Assembly (NCBI GenBank): GCA_003247575.1
Contig: QJZC01000011.1
Coordinates: 87,874 to 151,873 of the forward strand
DNA from: Pseudomonadota bacterium
Lineage (GTDB): Bacteria; Myxococcota_A; UBA9160; SZUA-336
Direction: 5' to 3'
DNA: 64,000 bases
The position numbers and the translations under genes are program-made. The notes beneath the pieces are model-generated. The model worked only from the letters and a program-made list of their open reading frames with translations, was not told where the DNA came from and made no database searches. Numbering within the stretch: position 1 is the stretch's first letter; each line of letters begins with the position of its first letter. Below are positions 56,737 through 64,000 of the stretch, one piece after another.

Positions 56737-58767
56737 ATGCGTCGAAAAACGATCGTAGGAATTTCGCTAGGCTTTTTGGCTTCTGGTCTGGCGATCCAGA
56801 TTCAGATGGAAGGTGGTGCACTGGAATCAAGGCAAGATCCGCGTGTACGCGCATATGCGTTGACGGGTGCTCCGAAGGTCAAGCAGGCCTATCAAGCTTG
56901 GGTAACCGCTCACGAGGAACGCGGGGGTGACCGGAACATACGCTTGGCGCTCAGATACAACAGGGGACTATCGGTCGAGTTTACGGAAGCCAGCGGAACA
57001 GCTGAGCTCGATCTCATCGATGGATGGATTGCGATTCGCGTGAGTGGGCTCCCCGCCGGTGAGTTCGATGCCTGGATGGTAGACAATCGTCCAGGCGCTG
57101 GTGCCTCTGTGCGCCCTCAGCCGAGCGATGTTCGGATTCATCTCGGTAAGCTGCGGCAGGTCGATGGTGTCGCCGTGCTCGAGGCGGATCTCGAGCGCGA
57201 TCTCATCGATCAGGTGCAGGCGGACCTCATCGTGATTGCGCGAGAGGGTGCAGGTAGCGAGGCGGGGCTCCTCTACGGAGCTTCTCCGCTGTTTCAGCGG
57301 ATGTACACGGCGTTGAGTAATCCGTCTCTGCTTTCGGTGAGCGACTTCGTTCCTCGCTTGGAGCAGGTCGATCGGTCTTTGTTCGGCGAGAAATCCGCAC
57401 TGGCCGGAGAAATCGTTGTCGATCCCGATGTCGTATTCGATGCGTTGGTTGCCCAGGGTGCCGACCTGTTCATCAACGAAACATTCGAGGGGAATGGCCG
57501 CACGTGTGCAACCTGCCACCCACTCGATCAGAATACCCAGCTAACAGTTAGTCAAATCGCAGCTCTACCGGACAACGATCCTCTGTTCGCAGCTGAGTTC
57601 ATTCCGGCGCTCGCCTTCACTCCAGCTGGCCCCAAGTTCGAGGTTCCCGTGCTGATGCGCCGCTTGGCACTGATCGTCGAGAATCAGGATGGAGATGACA
57701 ATCTGGCCAACAAGTTCAATATGCGAAGCATTCCGCACACGCTGGGTCTTAGCACCTCGCTGACTCCAAACCCAGGGGATCTAACCACGACGCCCCCGAA
57801 TCAGAGGACGGGCTGGAGCGGTGATGGCGCTCCAGGGAACGGTACTCTGCGTGACTTTGCGACGGGCGCAGTCACGCAGCATTTCCCGCTCACGCTCGGT
57901 CGGGACGAAGAAGCGGGAGATTTTCGTTTGCCCACGGACCCGGAACTGAACGCAATGGAGGCATTTCAGCTGTCTCTCGGGCGGAGCGTCGATCCAGTTC
58001 TCCCCCTGCCCTTGTTGGATCCGATCGTCGCGAAGGGCCAGATGATCTTCATGAGCTCCGCAGCTCGCTGCAACGGTTGCCACAACAATGCGAGCGCCAA
58101 CGTGTCCTCGGGAACGAACCGGAACTTCAACACGGGTGTGGAGAATCAGGTGGACCGCCCCATCTTGGTCGTTCTCCAGGCGCTCGGACTCGACCTGACT
58201 CCGGGCTTCCCCGAGAACTTGTTTCCGCGCGATGGCGGATTCGGAGCCAGTCCCGGAGATCCGGTCGCCGGCTTCGGCAACGGGACGTTCAATACCCCCC
58301 CGCTCGTCGAGGCCGCCGACACGGGCCCCTTCTTTCACGACAATCAAGTGCGTACGATCGAGGGTGCTGTGGCCTTCTACAACAGCACCGCGTTCGCGAG
58401 CTCACCGTCGGGCACGCCTGCGATCGATTTGCAGCCGACCCAGATCGAGGCCATCGCAGCGTTCCTGCGGGTACTCAATTCGCTCGAGAACATTCGCGCC
58501 AGTCGCGATCTCGCGGTGACCTTGCAGGGACTCACACCGCCCGATCGGATCTTCGTGGGGCCTGCGCTGCTTCTCCAGGCGCGCGAGGAGATCGACGACG
58601 CGATCCGGGTCCTGAGTGAGGTAGACCTGCATCCGGGAGCCGTGGCCGATCTGGCGGCCGCACGGGCTTTGATTCCCAACTCTCCCGTCGGAACAGCGAT
58701 CCAGCCGAGCAATGCGAGCGCCATCATCGCCCTGCTCGATTCCGCGAGGGCACAGATGCGTTCGTAG
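56737..58767 (+). CDS. Secreted di-haem cytochrome c, CCP/MauG-like core (paralogue C)
   Basis: ATG at 56737 follows GGGAGG. CxxCH at 57505-57519 (CATCH) and 58069-58083 (CNGCH). Shares with A and B: WVTAHEERGGDR, DLFINETFEGNGRTC, ALPDNDPLFAAEFIP, FNTPPLVEAADTGPFFHDNQVRTIEGAVAFYNS, IEAIAAFLRVLNSLENI. Confidence 0.8.
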   Translation: MRRKTIVGISLGFLASGLAIQIQMEGGALESRQDPRVRAYALTGAPKVKQAYQAWVTAHEERGGDRNIRLALRYNRGLSVEFTEASGTAELDLIDGWIAIRVSGLPAGEFDAWMVDNRPGAGASVRPQPSDVRIHLGKLRQVDGVAVLEADLERDLIDQVQADLIVIAREGAGSEAGLLYGASPLFQRMYTALSNPSLLSVSDFVPRLEQVDRSLFGEKSALAGEIVVDPDVVFDALVAQGADLFINETFEGNGRTCATCHPLDQNTQLTVSQIAALPDNDPLFAAEFIPALAFTPAGPKFEVPVLMRRLALIVENQDGDDNLANKFNMRSIPHTLGLSTSLTPNPGDLTTTPPNQRTGWSGDGAPGNGTLRDFATGAVTQHFPLTLGRDEEAGDFRLPTDPELNAMEAFQLSLGRSVDPVLPLPLLDPIVAKGQMIFMSSAARCNGCHNNASANVSSGTNRNFNTGVENQVDRPILVVLQALGLDLTPGFPENLFPRDGGFGASPGDPVAGFGNGTFNTPPLVEAADTGPFFHDNQVRTIEGAVAFYNSTAFASSPSGTPAIDLQPTQIEAIAAFLRVLNSLENIRASRDLAVTLQGLTPPDRIFVGPALLLQAREEIDDAIRVLSEVDLHPGAVADLAAARALIPNSPVGTAIQPSNASAIIALLDSARAQMRS

Positions 58768-58786
58768 GGTTTCGTTCGCAAAGGAC

Positions 58787-58821
58787 GAGGGGCATCGAGT
58801 CGTCGCGACTCGATGCCCCTC
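58787..58821. terminator. Perfect 16-bp hairpin between convergent paralogue C and TBDR-3 (probable bidirectional terminator)
   Basis: GAGGGGCATCGAGTCG-tcg-CGACTCGATGCCCCTC, 20 nt after the stop at 58767. Confidence 0.6.
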
Positions 58822-58869
58822 TGAGAGTTTGGGCCCGCCGGAGTGCTCCGACGGGTGGTCTGTGTAGGC

Positions 58870-61359
58870 CTAGAAGGTGCGCTCCGCCGAGAACTGCCAG
58901 GTTCTACCGCGAGCGAAGGTCGCCTCTACGACGCCTGCGAGCGGCACATTCGCCCCGCTGACGACGTAGGTGCGATCGGTCAGGTTCCGTCCCGACAGAA
59001 CCAGGCGCCATTTTCCATCGAGCGATTCCCACGCGAGAGACGCGTCATAGAGGTTCAGCTGCTCCTCGGAGAGCGCGGGCGTGTTGAACGCGTCATTCTC
59101 CACGTCAGAGCGGAAGGACCACCCGAACTGTGCGATTGCGATGCCCATGTTCCCGAGATCCAGCTCGTAGTTCAGAGCCGCTGAGGCCGAAAGGCGTGGG
59201 GTGTTGACGAACTCGTTTCCGCGCGCCACCCCGGTGCGGAACGAGTCGATCTCGGCATACTCGGCGTCGGTGACCCCCAAGCCGAAGTCGATGCGCATCT
59301 GGGGGAGTGGCACGAGCTGACCCTCGAGCTCCAGCCCCCGAATCTGCGCCTCGCCCGCATTGGCGAGAATGGGAGCGATGCCGTCGGCGACGGCGATCTG
59401 GAGATCGTCGTAGTCGGTGAAGAAGGCGGCGCTCGAGAGACGGAGGCGCCCATCCAGCATCGTCGCCTTCAGGCCGACCTCGTAGACACGAGCGGTCTCC
59501 TTTTCGAACTTGGGAGCGGTGGCGCGGGGCGGGAAGATCCGCTGCTGGAAGCCTCCGCCCTTGAATCCCTCGCTATACGAAGCGTAGGTCATGAGATCGT
59601 CGTTCCAGAAGTAGGCCAGGCTTACGTGCGGCGAAAACGCGCGATCGCGATTCGTCGACTTGTTCTCGGCCAGGACCAGATCGGCGCCCGCCTGGAAGGC
59701 GGGGTCTGGGATTGGAGCGAGGGCGAAGGTCGGAGGCATCGGCGCCACGAAGCCCACCAGGATCTGCTGACGCTGGGTGTCGAAGACCTTCTTCTCGTAG
59801 CTGTAGCGGGCCCCGGCGGTCAGCTGCAGCTTATCGGTCAGCGAATACGTCGCCTGTCCGAATGCGGCCGAGCCCTGGTTGCGGAACTTGCCGCCACTGA
59901 TCAGAGCACCCGGGAGGAAGTCGACGATGTCCTTGTTGTCTCCGTTCTCCAGGAAGTAATAGGTCCCGACGGTGTAGTTGAGGCGACCGTCGCTGGTGCG
60001 GCCAGACAGCTGGAGCTCGTGGCTCGTCTGATCGGAGTCGAAGTCGTTCACGTCCTGAAGGATCGGGAGCGGGCTGTGGTCCAGATCGAGATTGAAGAAG
60101 GAGTCCAGCCGCCGATAGCTCGAGATCGACTTCAGGCTCATGGTGTCGCTCAGCTCCCAATCGAACGTCGCGCTTCCTCCCCATACGTCGAGCTCCGACT
60201 TCGGCTGCAGAGGCTTGCTCGCAGCGGAGTTCACCTCGGGGCGGTTGGCAACGAATCCGCCAGAGGTGGCGAACGGCCCATTCAGAAAGCTCGCGCGCAG
60301 CCCGCTCAGCACCTGAGCCTGGCACGCGGCGTTCGCCGGTCCGGGGACCAGACGGCACGTATCGAAGATCAGGCCTCCGACAAAGGACTGCGTCGGGGCG
60401 CCCGTCGGATCCGGGGGACCCACAGGATTGAGATCGACCAGAACGCTGGCTGCGGAGCCCTGGCGCTCGCGCGTCACGTCACCGCGCAGTGTGAGCGAGA
60501 GTGCGTCGCTCAGCAACCACTCGACAGTTCCGCGGGCTGCCCAGCTGTCCTCGTCGCCGGTGTCGGAGAGCCGTCCGGTGCGATCCTTGACGTAGCCATC
60601 CTGCTTGGTTCGAACGAAGGACCACCGGGTGAGCACGGTCTCGCTCACAGGAGCGTTCAACGTGCCCTCCCAGCGGCTCAACGAGTCCGTCCCAAAGGTC
60701 AGGCGCGCACTCCCGCCGAGCTCCGAGTCGGGGCGCTTCGAGACGACGTTGATCGCTCCACCGATGGTGTTCCGTCCGAACAACGTGCCCTGGGGCCCGC
60801 GCAACACCTCGATGCGCTCTGGATCGACCAAGTCGAGAACATTGCCGATGCTGCGGGCCAGGTAGACGCCGTCCACGTACACGCCAACGCCGGGGTCCGT
60901 CGCGAGTGCGAACTCGGACGAGCCGATGCCGCGAATGTAGATGGACGAACTCGAGCTGCTTCCGGTGAGTGGGGCGGACGTGTCGAAGATCAGGTTCGGC
61001 GTGATATCGGCGACCTGCGACAGATCCGTGACCTGGTAGTTGTTGAGAGAGTTCGCCGTCAGGGCGGTCACCGAGACAGGTGTGTCCTGCAGGCGCTCGG
61101 CGCGCTTGCGCGCGGTGACGACGATCTCCTCGACGCCCGGCTCCGATGCGGTGGCCTTCTCAGCCGCGGCGTCCTCCGCTCGGGTTGCGGTCGGCAGGAT
61201 CCAGAGCCCGGCGGTCAGGCACAGGAGGAGCTGTCGCGTGAGTCGATTCGGGAAGCGAAGTGTTCCACACCGAGTGGATCCTCCCGGGTTGGCGTCCAAT
61301 GAACGACCGGCTGAGCAAATCATATGCAGAAGGGCCTCTTCTAGAATTTGGAGCTTCAC
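58870..61359 (-). CDS. TonB-dependent receptor (TBDR-3)
   Basis: Signal peptide ...LLLCLTAGLWILPTATRA. Plug: EIVVTARKRAERLQDTPVSVTAL...RIEVLRGPQGTLFGRNTIGGAINVVS. Terminal ...WQFSAERTF. Start uncertain: GTG 61359 or ATG 61323; the first codons have low GC3. Confidence 0.85.
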   Translation of the reverse strand: MKLQILEEALLHMICSAGRSLDANPGGSTRCGTLRFPNRLTRQLLLCLTAGLWILPTATRAEDAAAEKATASEPGVEEIVVTARKRAERLQDTPVSVTALTANSLNNYQVTDLSQVADITPNLIFDTSAPLTGSSSSSSIYIRGIGSSEFALATDPGVGVYVDGVYLARSIGNVLDLVDPERIEVLRGPQGTLFGRNTIGGAINVVSKRPDSELGGSARLTFGTDSLSRWEGTLNAPVSETVLTRWSFVRTKQDGYVKDRTGRLSDTGDEDSWAARGTVEWLLSDALSLTLRGDVTRERQGSAASVLVDLNPVGPPDPTGAPTQSFVGGLIFDTCRLVPGPANAACQAQVLSGLRASFLNGPFATSGGFVANRPEVNSAASKPLQPKSELDVWGGSATFDWELSDTMSLKSISSYRRLDSFFNLDLDHSPLPILQDVNDFDSDQTSHELQLSGRTSDGRLNYTVGTYYFLENGDNKDIVDFLPGALISGGKFRNQGSAAFGQATYSLTDKLQLTAGARYSYEKKVFDTQRQQILVGFVAPMPPTFALAPIPDPAFQAGADLVLAENKSTNRDRAFSPHVSLAYFWNDDLMTYASYSEGFKGGGFQQRIFPPRATAPKFEKETARVYEVGLKATMLDGRLRLSSAAFFTDYDDLQIAVADGIAPILANAGEAQIRGLELEGQLVPLPQMRIDFGLGVTDAEYAEIDSFRTGVARGNEFVNTPRLSASAALNYELDLGNMGIAIAQFGWSFRSDVENDAFNTPALSEEQLNLYDASLAWESLDGKWRLVLSGRNLTDRTYVVSGANVPLAGVVEATFARGRTWQFSAERTF

Positions 61360-61402
61360 TGACTGAGTTGGATAACTCTTTTAACAGCATCACGCTCACA
61401 GG

Positions 61403-61420
61403 ATAAGTGCAACAACTTAT
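61403..61420. promoter_or_regulatory. Inverted repeat ATAAGT-N6-ACTTAT in the AT-rich patch upstream of TBDR-3
   Basis: GGATAAGTGCAACAACTTATTCC (61401-61423) lies 40-100 nt upstream of the candidate TBDR-3 starts. Its ends, GATAA...TTAT(T)C, resemble metalloregulator boxes. Confidence 0.3.
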
Positions 61421-61645
61421 TCCATTCTCGACTCAAAGGTTTGAGCGGGCGAGATGCAGGTGATGAGCGGAGTTCGAGCTAGGCTGGCGACGGTCCGGCG
61501 ACTTGGCGCACCCGAAGAGAAACTCCCGCTTGCGCAACTCTCGACTGGCTAGATTTTATTACTGAGTAACAATTGATTCCAGAGAGCGGTCTAGGCCTTG
61601 TTCGGGCCCTGCTGCAGCGGCAACGGCTGCGCAGCCTGTGCGGAC

Positions 61646-62329
61646 TCAGTCGGTGGACCAGATACGCAGCATCTGATTGCCATTGCGCTGGAACTCGTAC
61701 TCCACGCGCTGGATTTCGTGGTGAATCCCGCGAGCGGACAGCCAGGCGCACACCGGGTCCACGCGCGTAGAGCGTTCCCCGTTCACGTCCAAGAGGGGGA
61801 ACAGGCGAATCTCCCGTGCGACCTCTAGCAGGGCGGCGATGCCTTCCAGGTGGAAGGCGAGCGGCAACTGACGTGAGTAGAGGAACAGAAGATGGGAACA
61901 AAGCGCTAGATCGAAGTGTCCGATTGCGGGGAGATCCGGCAGCGCGCCCGCGACATAGCGACCCTCGACGAAACCTTGAGGGAAGTCCTCCAGGAACTCG
62001 AGCATCGCCTGCATCCTCACGGCCCCGAGCGCCTCGACAGACGGGATCTCCCTCCATACGAAGCGGTGCTGTTCGCGCTCCGTCTGAGTCATTACCTCTT
62101 CGAACGTCTCGTCGATGCGCTTGCGGATCTGATCGGTCGAGAGCTCGTAGAGCGGATCTACGGAGAGCACCGAGTACCCACGTCGAGTCATCTCGGCGTT
62201 GAAGCTCGCGGGTCCGTCGCCGCAGCCGAGAATGCGGAGCTTCTGCTCGTCCTCCGTCAACGAGAACATCCGGCAGTACTCGACGAAGGAGCGACCCCAG
62301 GGGACGACCTCGTTGTAGAAGAAGGCCAT
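61646..62329 (-). CDS. Class I SAM-dependent methyltransferase
   Basis: 227 aa. Motif I LRILGCGDGPASF, then SVLSVDPLY, and post-I/II elements FDLALCSHLLF. Confidence 0.75.
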   Translation of the reverse strand: MAFFYNEVVPWGRSFVEYCRMFSLTEDEQKLRILGCGDGPASFNAEMTRRGYSVLSVDPLYELSTDQIRKRIDETFEEVMTQTEREQHRFVWREIPSVEALGAVRMQAMLEFLEDFPQGFVEGRYVAGALPDLPAIGHFDLALCSHLLFLYSRQLPLAFHLEGIAALLEVAREIRLFPLLDVNGERSTRVDPVCAWLSARGIHHEIQRVEYEFQRNGNQMLRIWSTD

Positions 62330-62442
62330 GGCTCAGCCTCGCACATTCGGGTGGTGGCAGGGCGGCCGAATGGTACGGAGATCTCCAGTGGCATGCCAGT
62401 AGAGCGGCAAGCTCGGGTGCAGAGCGAAACCACCGGGATGCA

Positions 62443-63300
62443 TCAGTGCACGCGGCGGGCCTTCGCGCGGAGCGCATCGAGTGTCGGAGCGGCGGAGTGA
62501 GAGAGCTCGGGGTCTCCGATTCGCCGAACGTATGTCTCGAGATCGGCGAGTGCGGCGCCATAGCATTCGAGGCGTGCGAAGATCCAGCCGCGCTCGCGAA
62601 GCTCGCCCACGGCCTGAGGGAGCACTTGAAGGATGCGATCGGAACATCCGAGCGCCGCGATCCAATCTTGCTGTTGCATGTAGATCTGCTTCAAGTTGCT
62701 GAGCATCCGCCCGAGAATCAGGCGCGGAGGGGTTGGGCGTAGATGCCGAGGCTCGAGCCGTGCTGAAGCGCCGGCAGCGCGCTGGAGCAGAGCCTGGCAG
62801 GCCATGTGATCGAGGCACCGCTGATCGAATGGATCGAGCAGGGTCGGGGGCTCGGCTCGCGTGCGGACGATGAAGTGGCCAGGCAGGCCGACACCGACCA
62901 GCGGTAGGTCGATCCGCTTCGCGACCTCGAGCAGGACCAGCGACAAGGTAATGGGTATCCCACGACGTCGGTCGAGCACCTCGTTCAGCATGCTGTTGCG
63001 CGGGTCGTAGTAGTCCTCGCGGTTTCCTCTGAAGCCGTGGCGAGAGTTCAACCACTGCATGAGGGCCAGGCTCCGCTCGGAAGCGGTCATCCCGCCGCCG
63101 GCTTCTCGCGCGAACTCCGCGGCCAGCCCATCGAGCCTTGCCAGATAGCCATCGACGTTTAGACCAGGCGCCGCTTCAGCGGCGATCCACAGCGCTGCGC
63201 GCCCCAGATCCACGCTGCCGTCGCCTTCGCCGAGCGCGCGATCGAGCTCGCTTCGCGCATGCTGTGTACTCGGGTCTCGCTCGGGCACGGGATGCGTCAT
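62443..63300 (-). CDS. SirB1-like protein (transglutaminase-like N-terminal domain + TPR-like C-terminus; UPF0162)
   Basis: FRGNREDYYDPRNSMLNEVLDRRRGIPITLSLVLLEVAKRIDLPLVGVGLPGHFIV is typical of the SirB1 N-terminal domain, followed by helical repeats. ATG at 63300; the track ORF starts at GTG 63309. Confidence 0.75.
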   Translation of the reverse strand: MTHPVPERDPSTQHARSELDRALGEGDGSVDLGRAALWIAAEAAPGLNVDGYLARLDGLAAEFAREAGGGMTASERSLALMQWLNSRHGFRGNREDYYDPRNSMLNEVLDRRRGIPITLSLVLLEVAKRIDLPLVGVGLPGHFIVRTRAEPPTLLDPFDQRCLDHMACQALLQRAAGASARLEPRHLRPTPPRLILGRMLSNLKQIYMQQQDWIAALGCSDRILQVLPQAVGELRERGWIFARLECYGAALADLETYVRRIGDPELSHSAAPTLDALRAKARRVH

Positions 63301-63670
63301 GGCGGGCACTATAGCCTAGTGTCCTGCGGCTGAAACGCGGCGCCTATTGGACGCAGGATCCTCGCCGAGTGATCGAGCGAGGGGCTCCCCGGGATCCCTG
63401 TGAAGCCCCGAAGACCCGGAGGTCGACCAGGCTACCTAGTACAAAATCGAGGAAGGACGGCGCGCGGATCACTCGGGATGTAGGGATTTCCATTCGCTTT
63501 TAGCGAGCGCCGGCTCCGGCCCCTGTGATTCTACGGGGCTGGGTGGTAGAGTACCGGCCGTCGCTCCCTCGGCATGCTGAGCTCCAGGGACCTGAGTACT
63601 CCTCGACGGAAAGTGTTTGTCGAGTCAGGCGCTTCTCGAAGTCAGGCGTTGCTCGAAGGGCTAGGAGACC

Positions 63671-64000
63671 GTGATCGAGGCTCTCGCAGACCGGATCGCA
63701 CGCGCGGTTCAGACGTGTCGGGGATGCGAGCTCAATCGAGTTCTCATCCTGCCCGATGCCATCAAGCTGCCGGGCTCGGAACAACTCCACTCCCTCCAGG
63801 AACTCGACCGCGCGGTGGCAATGCAGTTCGAGAATCCGAATCGCGTCTGCTTCGGCCTCGTCTTGGTGTTCGCCGGGGGAGTCGTCGCATCGATGCGCTC
63901 AGAGGACCGCGCGTGGGGACATTTGATCGAGGTCCTCGACCGTCATCCGCGCAAGATCTTGCGCTCGAACGAGTGGATGCTGTGCCTGCTCGGTAGTCGC
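63671..64000 (+). CDS. Hypothetical protein, N-terminal 110 codons (continues past the right edge)
   Basis: Not in the track because there is no stop in the window. GTG at 63671 comes right after an in-frame TAG and AGGAGA. The frame is open for 110 codons with ~80% GC3, unlike the overlapping track ORFs. No family recognised. Confidence 0.5.
   Translation, partial: MIEALADRIARAVQTCRGCELNRVLILPDAIKLPGSEQLHSLQELDRAVAMQFENPNRVCFGLVLVFAGGVVASMRSEDRAWGHLIEVLDRHPRKILRSNEWMLCLLGSR

Overview
GC-rich chromosomal segment (about two-thirds G+C by eye, not computed) from a Gram-negative bacterium, with proteobacterial or myxobacterial-type content. I saw no transposase, integrase, phage gene or CRISPR array. 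About 40 protein genes, one tRNA-Pro(GGG) and one multi-frame helicase pseudogene can be supported. The main pattern is three TonB-dependent receptors (5056-7551, 19270-21987, 58870-61359), each next to one or two large secreted proteins with exactly two CxxCH haem-c motifs and a bacterial cytochrome-c-peroxidase/MauG-like core. These are three paralogues (8759-11194, 11270-13714, 56737-58767) and a beta-propeller fusion (22298-25261). A fifth di-haem lipoprotein of a different family lies at 42683-44464. The first module also has a TetR regulator with an N-terminal zinc-ribbon-like extension. I regard this recurring TBDR plus di-haem oxidoreductase module as the best candidate for an undescribed system, possibly metal or substrate acquisition; no function can be read from the sequence. 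Other notable loci: (1) a translationally coupled PAS histidine kinase, pseudo-receiver::KaiB-fold fusion and CheY-type regulator operon with no KaiC in the window; (2) an orphan 1195-aa PilY1/vWA protein; (3) an SGNH/GDSL hydrolase whose conserved blocks are in circularly permuted order; (4) a pseudokinase-AAA-TPR STAND protein; (5) opgGH; (6) a secreted beta-helix protein ending in a perfect 5 x 21-nt repeat encoding DDGGAMM, with a Fur-box-like site upstream; (7) a tandem SF1-helicase gene split over three reading frames. The rest is housekeeping or accessory: DedA, LysM/M23 peptidase, SixA-like, QEGLA-motif protein, TerC, two alpha/beta hydrolases, dienelactone hydrolase, a Tat/Fe-S aldo-keto reductase, a hybrid histidine kinase, a Sel1-repeat lipoprotein, PilZ, a methyltransferase and a SirB1-like protein. 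All family calls come from motif recognition by eye; no database search was run. Many start codons are uncertain by tens of codons; the ORF track counts GTG and TTG as starts, and so do I.
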